From the human T2T-CHM13v2.0 reference genome, Homo sapiens: DNA of 64,000 nucleotides. The notes below the pieces were generated by a model. That model ran no database searches. It was not told where the DNA came from and saw nothing but the letters and a program-made list of their open reading frames with translations. A program made the translations under genes and the position numbers. Shown piece by piece: positions 1 through 14,523 of this stretch. Location of the stretch: assembly GCF_009914755.1 (NCBI RefSeq), contig NC_060939.1; one strand, written 5' to 3'. Each line of letters begins with the position of its first letter. Positions within the stretch are counted from its first letter, which is position 1.

Positions 1-2113
1 TAGAATTCTATTTTCAAGTGAGTTCCAATGACCCTATTTTACCATACCTAGAGACAAGTTTGACTTGAAATGTTTTTGGATCTGGTGCATATACGAACAT
101 AAATCAGAAACAAATTAAAATCTTCTGTTTCATCTCTAACCTGTGTCCTGAATGTGCTACCTTGTTTTCTCTTAGTCATTGAAGAGTAATGAGACTTTGA
201 TCATTTTCATCTTGGGATGCATTGCGAAGATGTTGACTTTGGGATCTAGTCCCTTTGCCTCCGCCCCACCGGATATGCACTCATAAGTCTTGTTGACATT
301 AGTGAATAGTTGTATGTGCACAGCAGAAGGATAAGAGAGACAACTGAGGGGTCAGAGCAGCAATTTTTTTGCTAGGAGCAAAAGCAATACATGTTGTCCA
401 ACAAAGGAACTAGTGGAGTAGCAATACAGGCTATTATTTTTTCTTTATTCCATAGGGAGACATTATAAGTTCTTCTAATTAATAGAATCCTTTGTGCATC
501 ACTTTCAGAAGAGCTTTTCCCTTTCAAGAAGGAATCTAACAGCACAGCAAACATATGCATTTTTGGCTGTGTTTCAAGACATATTTATTAAGTAAGTGCT
601 AGGGTGGAGGATGGTTTTCTTGCCAACAGGATTCATAGGACACAGCACTTGAAAGCACATCAAGGAATGAACCATTTCTATGACAAGCACAATCACTGCC
701 TGTAACTCCAACTTAGCTGGTGCTGTCAGCACTAACCACATAAACCACAAACTAACTGAAGAACTTCAGGCACCTAAGATTAAACACTGTCTCCCAGTAT
801 TACGAGGTGCTGGGGCCGATCCCCAGAGCCACTTGAGTTTACAGAAAATAGCAGCTGGTCATACAGAGACCATTTCCGACTTCTTTCCACCATTTTGGGC
901 ACAGAGATCTTCCTGGAGCTGAACCCTTCCATATCCTGTTGTTAGGAAGGGATGTCCTATTCACCAGCAGGTCTGCTTACTCCACACACCCTTTGCAAAA
1001 CAACATTTCTGGAAGAAATCTAATGACCTATGAAATCCAAGCAGGGAATATTCCAGGTAATTAGGACACAGGCAGGGTTTTTTTTTTTTTTTTTGGTGCC
1101 TCCCCCTTCACTGCCCACGTTCCCTCCCACCTCTCCCTACTCCCAAAGTCAGAAATCTTCTTCCCTTGGAAGCAGCAGTTCCCTCCTACTCCCCCCTCCC
1201 ACCTACCACTTCTTGGTAGCCTATGAAGATGAGATTGGAATAAAAGGTAGCTACAGGGTTCATGTAAGGTGACAAATCTGGCACATGCTAAACACTTAGC
1301 ATTATACAGCCGCCCCTTAAGAGTGCTCCAAATCCATCAGTCATCATGGAAAAATTAGAAGCTTTGCTGGATTCCTGCCTCTCCAAACAGATCTTCTGAA
1401 CTCCTTAATGGACGCTATAATTCAGCACTTGAGAATAGAGCCTCAGACCAGCAGGACTGTCTTTGGAACACACTGTCAGGCAACTTGAAACAGGCAGAGA
1501 GGAGCAAGTCAAAACAATCAGCAATTTCATTAAGAGGATAAGATTAATTCTCAATGAGGCCCAACTCTGACTCACATTGTCAATTATTATATATGATCTC
1601 TATGAGCAGGCCATTTTCCCAATTCACTAAAACATCTGTGCATTTCAATGGGCTAAGCTTTACCCTGCCCACTGCCCTCTAGCTGTTTTTGTTGTGGATT
1701 ATGTAATTTGGTGAGTGATGCAATAAGAAGAATGCTTTCTACCTGTGCTTTTTACAAGATATTGTCCAATGATGAGTGCAACAGGCTTGATGGCTCAGAA
1801 TGTTGGATTTCAACACTCTAATTTGTTCTATGACCTTGGGCCTATTACTTCCTCTCTCCTGGCATCTGCTATAAAAATAAGAAGGAGCAAATATTCTTGC
1901 CTCTTTTTATCACCTGATCTGAAAACCCATTGTAACTGCCATGAAAATAAGCACTGGTCCATGAGACCAATGCCCAGAAAATTCAGGCTAAGATTCCTGG
2001 AAAGTGGGCTGTGGGCATTATTTAAAACACACACACAAAATTTACCTTTTGTATTTGCTTTTGCCTTTAGCTGTGTGGGAAGCTGTAGTTAAAGGGATTT
2101 AGATTTTCATTTA

Positions 2114-2534
<421 letters not shown>

Positions 2535-2549
2535 AAAAGTTTGCTTTGT

Positions 2550-3420
2550 TAGATAAAAATAAGCTCACACTTTACCCTAAAATATATTCCATAAAGAGCA
2601 ATAACTTAAATGTAAAAAAAAATGATGCCATTGAAACACTAGAAGAAAATGGGGGAATATTTTCATAACCTAAGGATATCATAAAATCCAGAGGCCACAA
2701 ATGCATAGTGATGAATTTACTGCATTAAACTGTAAAACTTCTTTGGAGAAGAGAAATAAAAGATACACACAAAGCCAATGTATCAAACAAGAACTGGAGA
2801 CGATGTTTGCATTTCATGTATCAGAAAATGGCTAATGTCCTTAATGTGGGGTGCTCTTTAAAAATCAATATGAAAATCATGAGTACAAAAACTTGCAAAG
2901 GATGTGAAAAGGCAACTTGGAACAAAAGATATCAAAGACCAAGCGACATATGGAAAGATGTTCAGCCATGTTTACAGTTGAACACAAACTAAAATAAGGT
3001 AGAGATTTTTTTTACCTATCACATTGAAAAACATTTCAATGCTTTTGGTGGAAGTATGGAGAAATGGGTATCCTATACCTCAATGGTGACAGCGAAAACT
3101 GATAGAAAACTGGCAAATTGGCAAGACATATTAAAGTCCTACTTATGAATTCAAAGTTGTTCTCTTTGTAGAAATTTATTCTACAGATACGCTTTCAAAA
3201 GTGTACAAAGATTATTCATTTTAACACTGTTTGTAATAATGGAAACCTGAAAATGGACATACAGTGCATAGACCATTAGAAAGATACAGTAATCTGTACA
3301 TATGGACAATGTAAGATGTCTAAGATATGTTCTTGAGTGAAGAAAACAAGTTTCAAAACAGTAAGAATAGTATACTCCCATTTGAAGTTAAGAAAAGGAT
3401 ATACAATATTTAGAAGTGTG
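2550..3420 (+). mobile_element. Old L1 (L1M-type) 3' fragment
   Basis: A-rich degenerate L1 ORF2 end/3'UTR motifs (aacttaaatgtaaaa...ctagaagaaaat; tggaaagatgttcagcc). Confidence 0.6.
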
Positions 3421-4879
3421 TGTACTTTTCCTGTTGTCTCTGAATTTGGGCTGAGGTTTCAAAATTGATAACAGTAAGTAACATGTTCCCCCATGTTCTA
3501 AATAGAGGTGCTATCTTATCCATTTAGGACTTGCTAAATGGTGAACAAAACCCTATACTGTGACCCTTAGCCCATCACCTACCATCAGTCTCTGTGTAAG
3601 AGGATACTAGAGGTTGATCAGAGTGAGGAAGAAGAGGAGAACCTGGATAAGAGTTGTTGGCCCAATAGCGTTAGAGCTCCAGGGGATTGCCCGCCTCATG
3701 AGAGAAGCTGCACAGGGTGCCAAGTTAGAGGAAAAGAGAGAACTTTGGAGAGAATGGGGGGCTCACTAGAGGGAGAAAAGGCATCCCACCCCCAGCTTGA
3801 CTGTTGCCAATCTTCAAAAACTCAGAAGGCTTCCTCCTCTTGTAAGAGTGTAGTGAGAGAACCCTTGGGTGAGCTTGACCTTTGTTCCCTAGAACTCAGG
3901 GGTACAGAACGAAGTGCCTGCCTGTTGCCTGGAAAAGGCTGAAGGGTGGCCAGAATGACCTGCTAGGATAAAGCAAAGAAAGAGGGCTCTGGTTGGAATA
4001 GGCTGTTCCTCCATGCTTCTGTGGGGCAATGATGCCAAGCTCTCCCATGGGCTAAGTGATCCTCCTGGAAGATTGCCAGGCTAGTGCTATCTCGAAAAGA
4101 ACTTGCCCCCAGAGAGCTGGCTTCCAGGCCAAGATAACCCCAGCTGAAACATTCTGTGGAAGGAAGGGAACCATTCTGCTAAGCTGAGAGAGCATCTCTC
4201 AAAACAAATGATTCATTGAACAGAGAACAAAAGTGCTGCTTCAGCAGAGGGCATTCTCTGAAAAACCTACAAAACCATCCATAAAGGAAAAAGCCAGCAT
4301 GAGGTATGCACTATCCAGAGGGCACTGATCTGATTACAAAGCACCTGTTGAGCAAGACCTTGTTCTGTTACCTCTCCTCCTGCCCCTCAGCCCGGTCCTG
4401 GAGTAGCCAGGTTCAGCAGGGGATCCAGAGGAGTGGGAAAGCAAGGCAGAGTGGACAGACAAGCCAAATTCCACCTTCCTCCTCCTCACTGCAGATTTCT
4501 GAGCCAAGGCCAGGCCTAAGCTAAGGAGAGGGTAGAAGTTTAAAGTCAGATATGAGAAGGAACTTTTGATTTTGATCAGATTGACCTTTTAAATACATTT
4601 TAAAATAAAAGAATGTTTTAACATCTAGACATGTTTGGAAAACCCATAGGATCTGCTCAAAATACTGTCCAAGGTCTATGGAGGGAGACTGGTAGAATGG
4701 GTTTGAAGGGCTTGGGTTAAAGAAAAAAATAAAGCTACTCTTCTGATTTCACCTTATTTAGTCTTAGCCCCTTCACTATACCGGTTACACATGCACTAAA
4801 CACTCCTGGGAAGATAAACAAGACACTGTTAGCTGTGCTTACTCAAATTGTAGGATTAGGGTATCACCACACAGGAGGG

Positions 4880-4883
<4 letters not shown>

Positions 4884-4918
<35 letters not shown>

Positions 4919-5198
4919 AGACGGAGTCTCGCTCTTTTGCCCAGGCCGGACTGCAGTGGCGCCATCTCGGCTCACTACAAACTCTGCCTCCCGGGTTCAG
5001 GCCATTCTCCTGCGTCAGCCTCCTGAGTAGCTGGGACTACAGGCACCCGAAAACACGCCCGGCTAATTTTTTGTATTTTTAGTAGAGACGGGGTTTCACC
5101 ATGTTAGCCAGGATGGTCTCCACCTCCTGACCTCGTGATCCGCCCGCCTCGGCCTCCCAAAGTGCTGGGATCACAGGCATGAGCCACCGCGCCCGGCC
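4884..5198 (-). mobile_element. AluY-family element
   Basis: Long pure poly-T, CpG-rich, Y-type diagnostics; TSD ggaggg(a/g)gactttt. Confidence 0.95.
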
Positions 5199-6091
5199 GG
5201 AGGGGGACTTTTTACCTTATATTCATCTACGCTTTTTTCATTTGTTAAATGACAAACATAAATTACTCTTAAAATTTAAGATATTTTAAATATGGAGCTA
5301 GTACACACTCTGTGGCCAGATGAATTTATGAAAACTCATTGCCGAGGGCATTTACAGTATCTTTCCCAGAATCCTCTCCTTCACCTTTCACACAGTTAAC
5401 TACTGCCTACTTGGCCTAATCAGCTTGGATTGGGTGGAGTTCCCTGACCGTCTAGTTGGCCCCACAAGGCACCAGAACCTTCTGGCATCTATCCATCAAA
5501 GTGTGCTAGAGAACAAATAGACCAGGGAGGCAGGCTCCAGACAGCCAGTGCTGTGGCCAATCAGTCTCACCTAACCAGGAGCATCTGCAGCTGCATTCCT
5601 TAAGACTTGAAAGCTGCTGTCAGGGCTCCTGAGGTATATGTGATGTTTCAGAAGGTGTTCCCAGTATGAATAAGCCCAGGTCTGGAGAGTTCCATATTTT
5701 AAACTGGGATGCCCTTTCATCACCCAACAATCCTTCATTGAATACATACTGACAACCTAGTATACTGTATTATGCCTGATACCTATTTAGCATGTCATGA
5801 AAAAGAAAACAAATTGCTGACAATGCTGAGAAAAGGAAAGAGGAAAGCTCTTCAATGGCCCTTTTTCCTATGAATTATTTTGTTTATATTCTGTTGTCTT
5901 TTCATGTCAAGCCAAAGGCATAGATGGTCTATGTCCTTATAAACATCTATGACTGTGGTAAGCTAGTTGCTCACCTTCAGGGTAAATGGTCTGAGAGTGG
6001 GCTGCTGACCTGATAGCTCCGTCAAAAGGTTAGAAGGAATCCAAGAAAGGCTAAGCTCAAAGGACTCCATCACAGCCAAAGGCCTCATGCC

Positions 6092-6095
<4 letters not shown>

Positions 6096-6122
<27 letters not shown>

Positions 6123-6406
6123 TAGAGAAAGAGTCTTGCTCTGTTGCCCAGGCTGCAGTGCAGTGGCGCGATCTCGGCTTACTGCAACCTCCGCTTCCCA
6201 GGTTGAAGTGATTCTCCTGCTTCAGCCTCCCAGGTAGCTGTGATCACAGGCGCCTGCCACCATGCCTGGCTAATTTTTGTATTTTTAGTAGAGACGGGTT
6301 TTCACCATGTTGGCCAGGCTGGTCTTGAACTCCTGAGCTCAGGCAATCCTCTTGCCTCGGCCTCCCAAAGTGCTGGGATTACTGGCATGAGGCACCGCAC
6401 CCAGCC
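6096..6406 (-). mobile_element. AluS with (TAT)n tail
   Basis: Alu consensus; TSD gcctcatgccttta at 6082-6095 and 6408-6421. Confidence 0.95.
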
Positions 6407-8409
6407 AGCCTCATGCCTTTAAATGACAGTAGCCAAAAAACACACCTCAGTTTGTAAATCTCTGTCCTCCTTTTCACAGAGGGAAAGTTTATGTATCTCA
6501 CTATATTTACTCTTCTGAAACCTATGATTAGACAGCAATATACTCCAGCCTCAGGGGGAAACAACCAACACCTCTCTCCATTTGCTCCAGGGAATACTGA
6601 GGAGACTGTGGAGAAAAAGGCAGAAGTAGATGTTGCGCTGCTACCTTGCCCAGCCCTCAGCCAGTGGAGCCACTTTCAGGCCTTCGATTCCCAGAGTGCC
6701 TAGGCCTCCTTACATGCAAGCACCACTCTGGGGTATGTGCCAGGTTGACTCTGAGCAGCTGTCATCCAGTCCTGTGTGTTGCAGGGCCTGAATCTCTGAA
6801 ATCCAAGACAAGGTGAGAACCAAGGAAAAGGAGGGCCAGATGTGGGGAACAACTGGAAGGGAGCACTGTAGAGAGACAAGGGCAAAAATCAGGCAGCGTC
6901 TCTAGCAGTAGCCCAAATCCAGACCCATGGTCAGGAGCCTGGGTAGGTGCCTGAGGCCAGTGCAAGGCAGCAGAGGAAAAAAGGTGTTGAGGGAGGGTGG
7001 AGAAAAGGATAGGTCAAGAACGAGATTGTTTTTGGAAAGTGGAGGCAAAAAAGAAACCTGAAGCACAGGCAACTTCCATTTAGGCCTGGAAGCTGGCTTC
7101 CTCTTTCAGCAGGCTCTCACTGTACTTAAGGAACATGACCTGTTGGGTCATGCCACCGACACGCAGCCCCCTCCCCGCAATGGGTAGCTAGGCTAGAGGA
7201 ATGGCTAATAAAATAATTAACCTGGATTTTGGAACATGCATATGATGATAAATATAGATCCTATCTCTCTGACTAGTTAAGCACCACCACAAGACTGCTG
7301 GGAAAGGAAGGCTGAAATATAACAATTAATTAACAATGCAAAAGAACATACTCTGAAAGGTAAGGACAGGAAGCACTCCGTAATCCTATAAATTATTCCT
7401 GCTTATTGAGTGCTAAAAGCACAAGTTCCAGACATATATAAATAATATATTTGTATAAATAATTGAAAACACAGGGAAAATTACATAAGCAAGAACCAAA
7501 TCTAAATTTAGCAAGGCCTCTGGCTTTTAGAACCCCTACACATTACACTTCTCACCAAGCTCCAGGATCTTATCCAGGAGAAAATCAAGATAAGAAATAT
7601 TTCACAGTATCAGATGGACCCGGCCACAGCGTTTCCTTTCTCTCGTTTTCAGTTTTCGCACCTACCAAAACAAACAAAAAAGAGACACAGAGAGAGAGAG
7701 ATCTGAAATCAGTGAGCTCTGACATATTAGCTCCTTAAAAATTACTGGAATATTCATTAATTAGGATTCTGTTTATACGTCTGTTTTTCAGGAAAATAAC
7801 TTGTAAGTTTGATTTTCTGTTTTTATTATGAAATCCCCGATGTAAATCTCAATGTCTCTGAGCATCCCAAACATCTCAGAATTTCAAATTTATGGCTTGA
7901 CCTATCCGTAAGCAGCACTTCCTGTCATGACATTGGTAATCTTGGTTTGGTGTTATTTAAGCTAAGGGATGATTATCTTTGGCCAAAAGAGTATACTGTA
8001 ACTACAACCTCAGTTCATGAATTAGCTAATTGTTTCTCCCTCCTTGGGAAATTAGCTTGTTGTCTGTTTCCTCCAGAGGAAGACTTTACATGGTGCCAAA
8101 AGCTCTGGTGTAAATTAAATAAATGGGCTTCATTTTCTAAGTTGTTTGAAATATAGGAGTGTGCATTCCACAGTCTTCTTTCCTCCAGCAATGGTCATAC
8201 TTGATTTTAGAGATAAATTATCAAATAACCACCAGTAGCCTTGGTTAATGACAAAGGGAAAAGTTAAGTGCACTCAAAATTTGACATAGCTTTCTTTCTC
8301 TGTAACTGTTTGGACTCAGAGATAACAGTTAAATCACAACTACCATGTCCTGAATATGGACTATGTGACATTATCTCTAATATTACGAAAATACGGCAAA
8401 GTAGATATT

Positions 8410-8775
8410 ACAAGGGAACTGAGTCTCAAAGATTAAGTAACTTGCCTGTGGGCACATAAGAGACAGAAATGAGATTTAATCCAGATCTCATCATACTCCA
8501 AATCAAATGCTCTTTCCAGTATTCTCACAATAATTCTAAGGTCCTTCTTAAGAAACACTCTACGCCAATTAAGCCTATAGGCCTTAGAGACAGTATATCA
8601 GTGTTTGAATCCTTGATTTAGAATTTACTAGCTCTGAGGTATTGCATAAGTTTCTTAGCTTACTTGAGCCACTGTTTTCTCATCTGTTGATAATAACAAT
8701 ATTTATTGCATAAGGTTAAATATGTAATACTACAATAATACAATGATGCAAATATATGCACTTAGCACATTCCTT
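8410..8775. mobile_element. Two MIR fragments in opposite orientations
   Basis: MIR core motifs gaactgagtctcaaagattaagtaacttgcc and gttttctcatctgt. Confidence 0.6.
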
Positions 8776-9187
8776 GTATACATCCCTTGGGGTTGGAGAC
8801 CCTGGCATAGTGATCTAATTTTACAAGTCTGTTCACCTTAAGTACACACCCAACTAAATCACATGCAATGGTCACGCCAATTCTTTCCACAAGTAATAGC
8901 TCTTCACTTTGGAATGATGTGGTTTAATCCTCACACAATTACTCTGTTTCAAATTGCATCACAATTCTTCAGGACTTTTTCAATGGCATTTTCAATCCTC
9001 ATACAGAATTCTGGGATTCATGTTTAGGAACATTACCCAAGTACAAAAGTAACAGCAAAGGTAAGAGTAGTTCCCAACTAGAGTGTAAAATAGTTGTTTT
9101 CCACTCCCAAAGTTTTAAGTTTATGTGAGAATATTATTTCAGAATCTAGTGCTGTACTATCTCAATATTACCCTCATCCTTACCCAG

Positions 9188-9554
9188 TGTTATTATTTGA
9201 ATGTTTGTGCCCTTCAAAAATTCATTTAATTTCCAATGCAACAATATTAAGAGGTGGGGCCTTTAGGAGGTGATTAGGTCATGAGGGCTCCTTCTTTAGA
9301 CGGGTTAAGATCCTTCTAAAAGAGGCTTCACATGACCTTCTGCCATTTTTGCCCTTCCACCTTCTACTATGTGAGGACACAGAACTCAAGGCACCATCTT
9401 GGAATCAGACACCATGCCCTCACCCGATACTGAACCTACCAGCACCTTGATCTTGGACATTCAAGCCTCTAGAATGGTAAAAAATGCATTTCTATTATTT
9501 ATAAATTGCCCAGTCTCGGGTATTTTGTTACAGCAGCATAAGAAGACTGAGATA
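9188..9554 (+). mobile_element. MaLR solo LTR (MLT1A/MSTD-like)
   Basis: tgaatgtttgtgccc...gaggtggggcctttaggaggtgattaggtcatgagg...ttgatcttggac...tattttgttacagcagca. Confidence 0.85.
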
Positions 9555-11269
9555 CTTGGTCGTACGGCAGTTGTACTCAACTACTCAACTATGCAATTAA
9601 GAATGATTTCTTTGATGTCACCAAAATATTTCTACCCTGTATTACTATATATCTGATACCATAAAAAGAGAAAAAATAAATTGTATTATAACTACCACAA
9701 CTTCACACCCTTATTCATTTTTGCCTAATTTTTTACATACACCTTCCCCTTAAAGTTGATCAATAGTCACAAATCAATATAAGTATTTATTACCATTTGC
9801 CATGTACATTTATAACTATTGATAACTAGATTAATGAATATAAAACTGAAGGGTTTCATCCTTTTTAAACGCAAAACATATGTTGTGAGCTTCAAAATAT
9901 TTGAAAACTTTTACCTTCAGATTTGTCTTAAAATCAATTCTGTTATCTTAACTAGAAATAATGGAATCTAGCCTGGGGTGGTTGTTAAAATCAAAGTGAC
10001 TTCATAAAGTGGATCTAATTCAAGTGAGAGTAGGCATATAAGCCCTACACTTACCAAGCGTGGATCTAAGATCATTGGAAATGCTGAATGGTTGTTAGAA
10101 TATTTGGAGCTTTCTCTTGATGCAGAATTACTTGTAGTGTTGAACAGAGTATTACCAGAACAATTTTTTTAAATCGCATGCAGAACTAACAGGATTAAAT
10201 GTGTCTTTGATGAATGATATTTAAAGAAAAAAAAATTCTTAAAAAAAATTCCACTCATAAAACCATCCAATCCCAACTGGCCATCGTCACTGTGATTTCC
10301 TGATCTATGACTTCTTTGTCTCCAACTCCATGCTCTGATTGCAACTGTCACTGAGTCACACAGCCTGCTCTAGGCATGGAGCCAATTTGATTACAACAAC
10401 TGCTTGTGTGAGAGAGAAAGGTAGTTTTCAGGCCTTAGCAAATGGTTCACCCAAGCTTCTGACTCTGGGGCATAAATTTTGACTGTCATTCACAAGATGT
10501 AAAATAAATACGCACTAACCTAGTAAACCAACAACCTGGAAAATACATATAAACACTGAGTTCTATAACTAGGACACAGAAGGAATGATTAGATTAAACA
10601 CACCCTAGTCTTATAAAAAGCACCCATGAGCTCAACCACATTCCTCAAAAGCACAATTTTCATGTTCTTAACACGTTGGCAATCTTGTTCATTTTTGAAA
10701 CCCAGGTGTCTAGTACAAGGTATATGAATAAAAAATATTTATTTAACTGAAGTGGAATAAAAGTAACTAAGTTACTTAGAGGCAGAAAGGTATCTGCTGG
10801 ATAGCCTCTTTCATGCAAAAAGCTGCTAATTCAGGGTTTAGGGGGTAGGCGGGGTGAAGGGAAATATAACCGCTCTTTTAGGCTTTAAAATTGGACTGAG
10901 TTGTTCAATTTTAAATTGTTATTTTTGTTTCATGGCCTGCTTTTTTAAAAAACATATCAAATAATATGGTATTCTACTAAGGTAGTTAAGATAATAAAAA
11001 ATTATGTATGCAAATAAGATGTCCTAACCACTATGACAACTGTACTGGATATCACTCTATTTTCATATTTCTATGTTGCCTTTTATGATTTGGATCTAAA
11101 ATATAACCTATAATATTAAAATTAGTCAAATCCCTGAAAAGAAGCCTTTTGTTATGTCTTTCTCCCTGGCTAATAGTACATCCTTGTTGCATTCGTATAT
11201 TATAGTTTGCTCAACAAACCTATATTAAATAGGCACTTGTGGGAGAGAGAAAAATAGACTAAAAAATAA

Positions 11270-11510
11270 GAATAGTAGCTACCATATAATGAACACTTCT
11301 TAGTCTCCAATTCTATGCTAGTGCTTTACATGCATTATCTCATTTTACTATCTCAACAAACCTATGTAGTTGTTACTATTCTTACTTCCACTTTACAGAT
11401 AAGGACAGCTAGAGAGGTTAAGTAGTTTGCCCAAGGTCACCTGTCTACTAAGTAGCAGAGCTAAAGTTCAACTCAGAACTCTTTGACCCCAGAATCTAGT
11501 TCTTTCCTGC
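11270..11510 (-). mobile_element. MIR
   Basis: ctttacagat...agaggttaagtagtttgcccaaggtcac core. Confidence 0.75.
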
Positions 11511-11650
11511 TTACACACAGAGATAGAACCAAAGGGGAAGATACACTTTCTTACTCTAATCTGCAATTTGGATTTCAATGAGACATGTGCCTGAAGCAAC
11601 TTGAATGATTCTAAAGGAATATAAAAGGTAGTATAAGACAGCCCAAGTAA

Positions 11651-11976
<326 letters not shown>

Positions 11977-12899
11977 TTAGTAAAGTAAATCAAATATATA
12001 AGCAAAGTAGAACTTCATAAATTCCAGGAAGTAAACCCCAGGCCAGAAAGAATCTGCAATTTTCAATCATCCCCATACTTCCTCCCTTTAGAATATTCAT
12101 CTCCCAGCTCAGCGCACTTTTCTGTGTTTTTGTTTTGCAGCTGGGTTGTCCCCCAGGGCACTCAGCTTTCCATAGATTTCTTGGCCTCAGTAGAAACTTA
12201 TCCTTCTGCCCTCTTATTTAGCTAAGTCAAAGCTAGACATTTTCAAAAAATATTCTACTAAGAAATGAAGGGAGAAATGGAAAGAAGAGGAGAAAGAAGA
12301 GAAAGAGGAAGGCAGAAATTAAAAAATTAAGAGAGCAATAAAAAAGAACATTTTAAATTAATGAAAACTAATGTTTACAAATGCCAGCCGTTTTTTTAGG
12401 TTTTTGTTTTGTCACTTTGTTTTGATTTGTTTTCTAGTCCTAAGGAAAGCCTACTTAGATATCTATCTATGTAATTTAGTAAATTTAAAGATTTCAAGTT
12501 TCTTTCTTTGCATTTGATGGGGGATGGAGGTAGATGACAGCTAAGGTATTATCTCTGTGCCTATTGGGCATATATTGTTTAATTATGATAGCACGATGAA
12601 AGTGGTATTGTCAACAGCTTTTTATGGCAGGAAACTGAGGTTCTGAAAAATGAAATACCTTTACTAAGGGGCCTTAGCTAGCCAGAAGCAGAGATGAGCA
12701 GGATTTCTGTCCAGGCTCCTCTCATGGCTTCACTTTGCAACCATCAGAACTCTCCCTTTATTTTGTCTTAAGCCACTTCTTTGTGCCTCTCAGTCCTTTG
12801 CATTCTCTCCTGCACCCACAGCTCCAGCAGTCGAAGCAAAAGTCTCAGCCCTTAGGCAGTATACTTAAAATGGAGGCTTCGAGATTACATGTGAAGACT

Positions 12900-13120
12900 C
12901 AGAATTCTTGGGTTCAAATCTTTATGGACTGCGCATGTGTGTAACTGTCACTTTGGACAAATGCCTTAACCTTTCTGGGATTAGGTTTTCTCATCTGTAA
13001 AATGGGAGTGAATAATACTACTACGAACTTACAGAGTGAGAGCTAAACATATAAGTACTGAGATAAAGTGATCTGAGCTGTGCCTGACACAGATAAGCAT
13101 TACATAATTGTAAGCTGCTG
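12900..13120 (+). mobile_element. MIR
   Basis: ttttctcatctgtaaaatgggagtgaataata core. Confidence 0.75.
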
Positions 13121-13649
13121 TTATTAGGGAAGTTGTTATGTGGAAAGAAATAAGACATTAAGACTTTAACACTCTCCTTAAAACATGACATATACACACT
13201 CACTGAGTCACTCTGCTGCTGATGGGTCGGCTTTATGGTTTGAGTCAATAATGGTAAACAGCAAGGAATGCCCAGAAAAAAAAAAACTTAGAATTTCCCA
13301 TGTCAATACACTGTATTACATTGCTTTTTGAAGTAATGTGTCATCTGGAAGAAAGCAAATCCTGTGCTGGCCATTTTGGGGGTATATATATTTCTTTGAG
13401 CGAAACAGGAACTATAGCTACACAGTTATTTCTCTAGAGGCTAGAATAACATTCAGAGTTTGTAGTTAAATGTTTTTACTATACACAACTACAGCCTTCC
13501 AACTACCTTTCAATCCAATACAGATGTTATAAAAACACTGCCAGAGAAGGCAGATTGAAAGATAGCCCCAAATGTGAATTATTACCCCAAATGGACTTTT
13601 CCTCTTGGAAGAAAATGTTCTTTTATTAAAGAGATGTCCATAGAAAGAC

Positions 13650-13800
13650 GATAGAGATAATATCTATCTCTAGTTCTATTATAGATCAGATAGATAGATA
13701 GATATAGTATATCTCCATCTAGTCTATCTAATCTATCTATCTAATCTATCTATCCAGAATTTATCTATCTCATCTAATCTATCCATCCAGAGAGAGAGAC
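13650..13800. repeat. Degenerate (GATA)n followed by (TATC)n microsatellite
   Basis: agatagatagatagata then tctatctaatctatctatctaatctatctatcc. Confidence 0.85.
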
Positions 13801-14059
13801 GATATAATTTAGCGGATGAGAGGAAAAGACTTTTTACAACGATGGCCATTTAAAGAAAACCTCATTGCATGAGATATAGCTTTAAGTCAGGCTTGCTTTC
13901 AATGACCTGAAGGATTTAATACGTCCTTTTAAAATAAACTGATTGGTTGGGAGATAGGCTGGCTAGGAAAAATCAGTAAGTCTTTGACTTAATAATATTG
14001 TAAGCATAATTAATAGTCCTGCTATACTGTATATTGAGTTCACATGAAGCCAAACTTCT

Positions 14060-14523
<464 letters not shown>

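Noticed and set aside
3540-4560. Purine-rich 1-kb block that looks LTR-like
   Set aside because: Could not assign termini, TSD or family by eye; needs RepeatMasker
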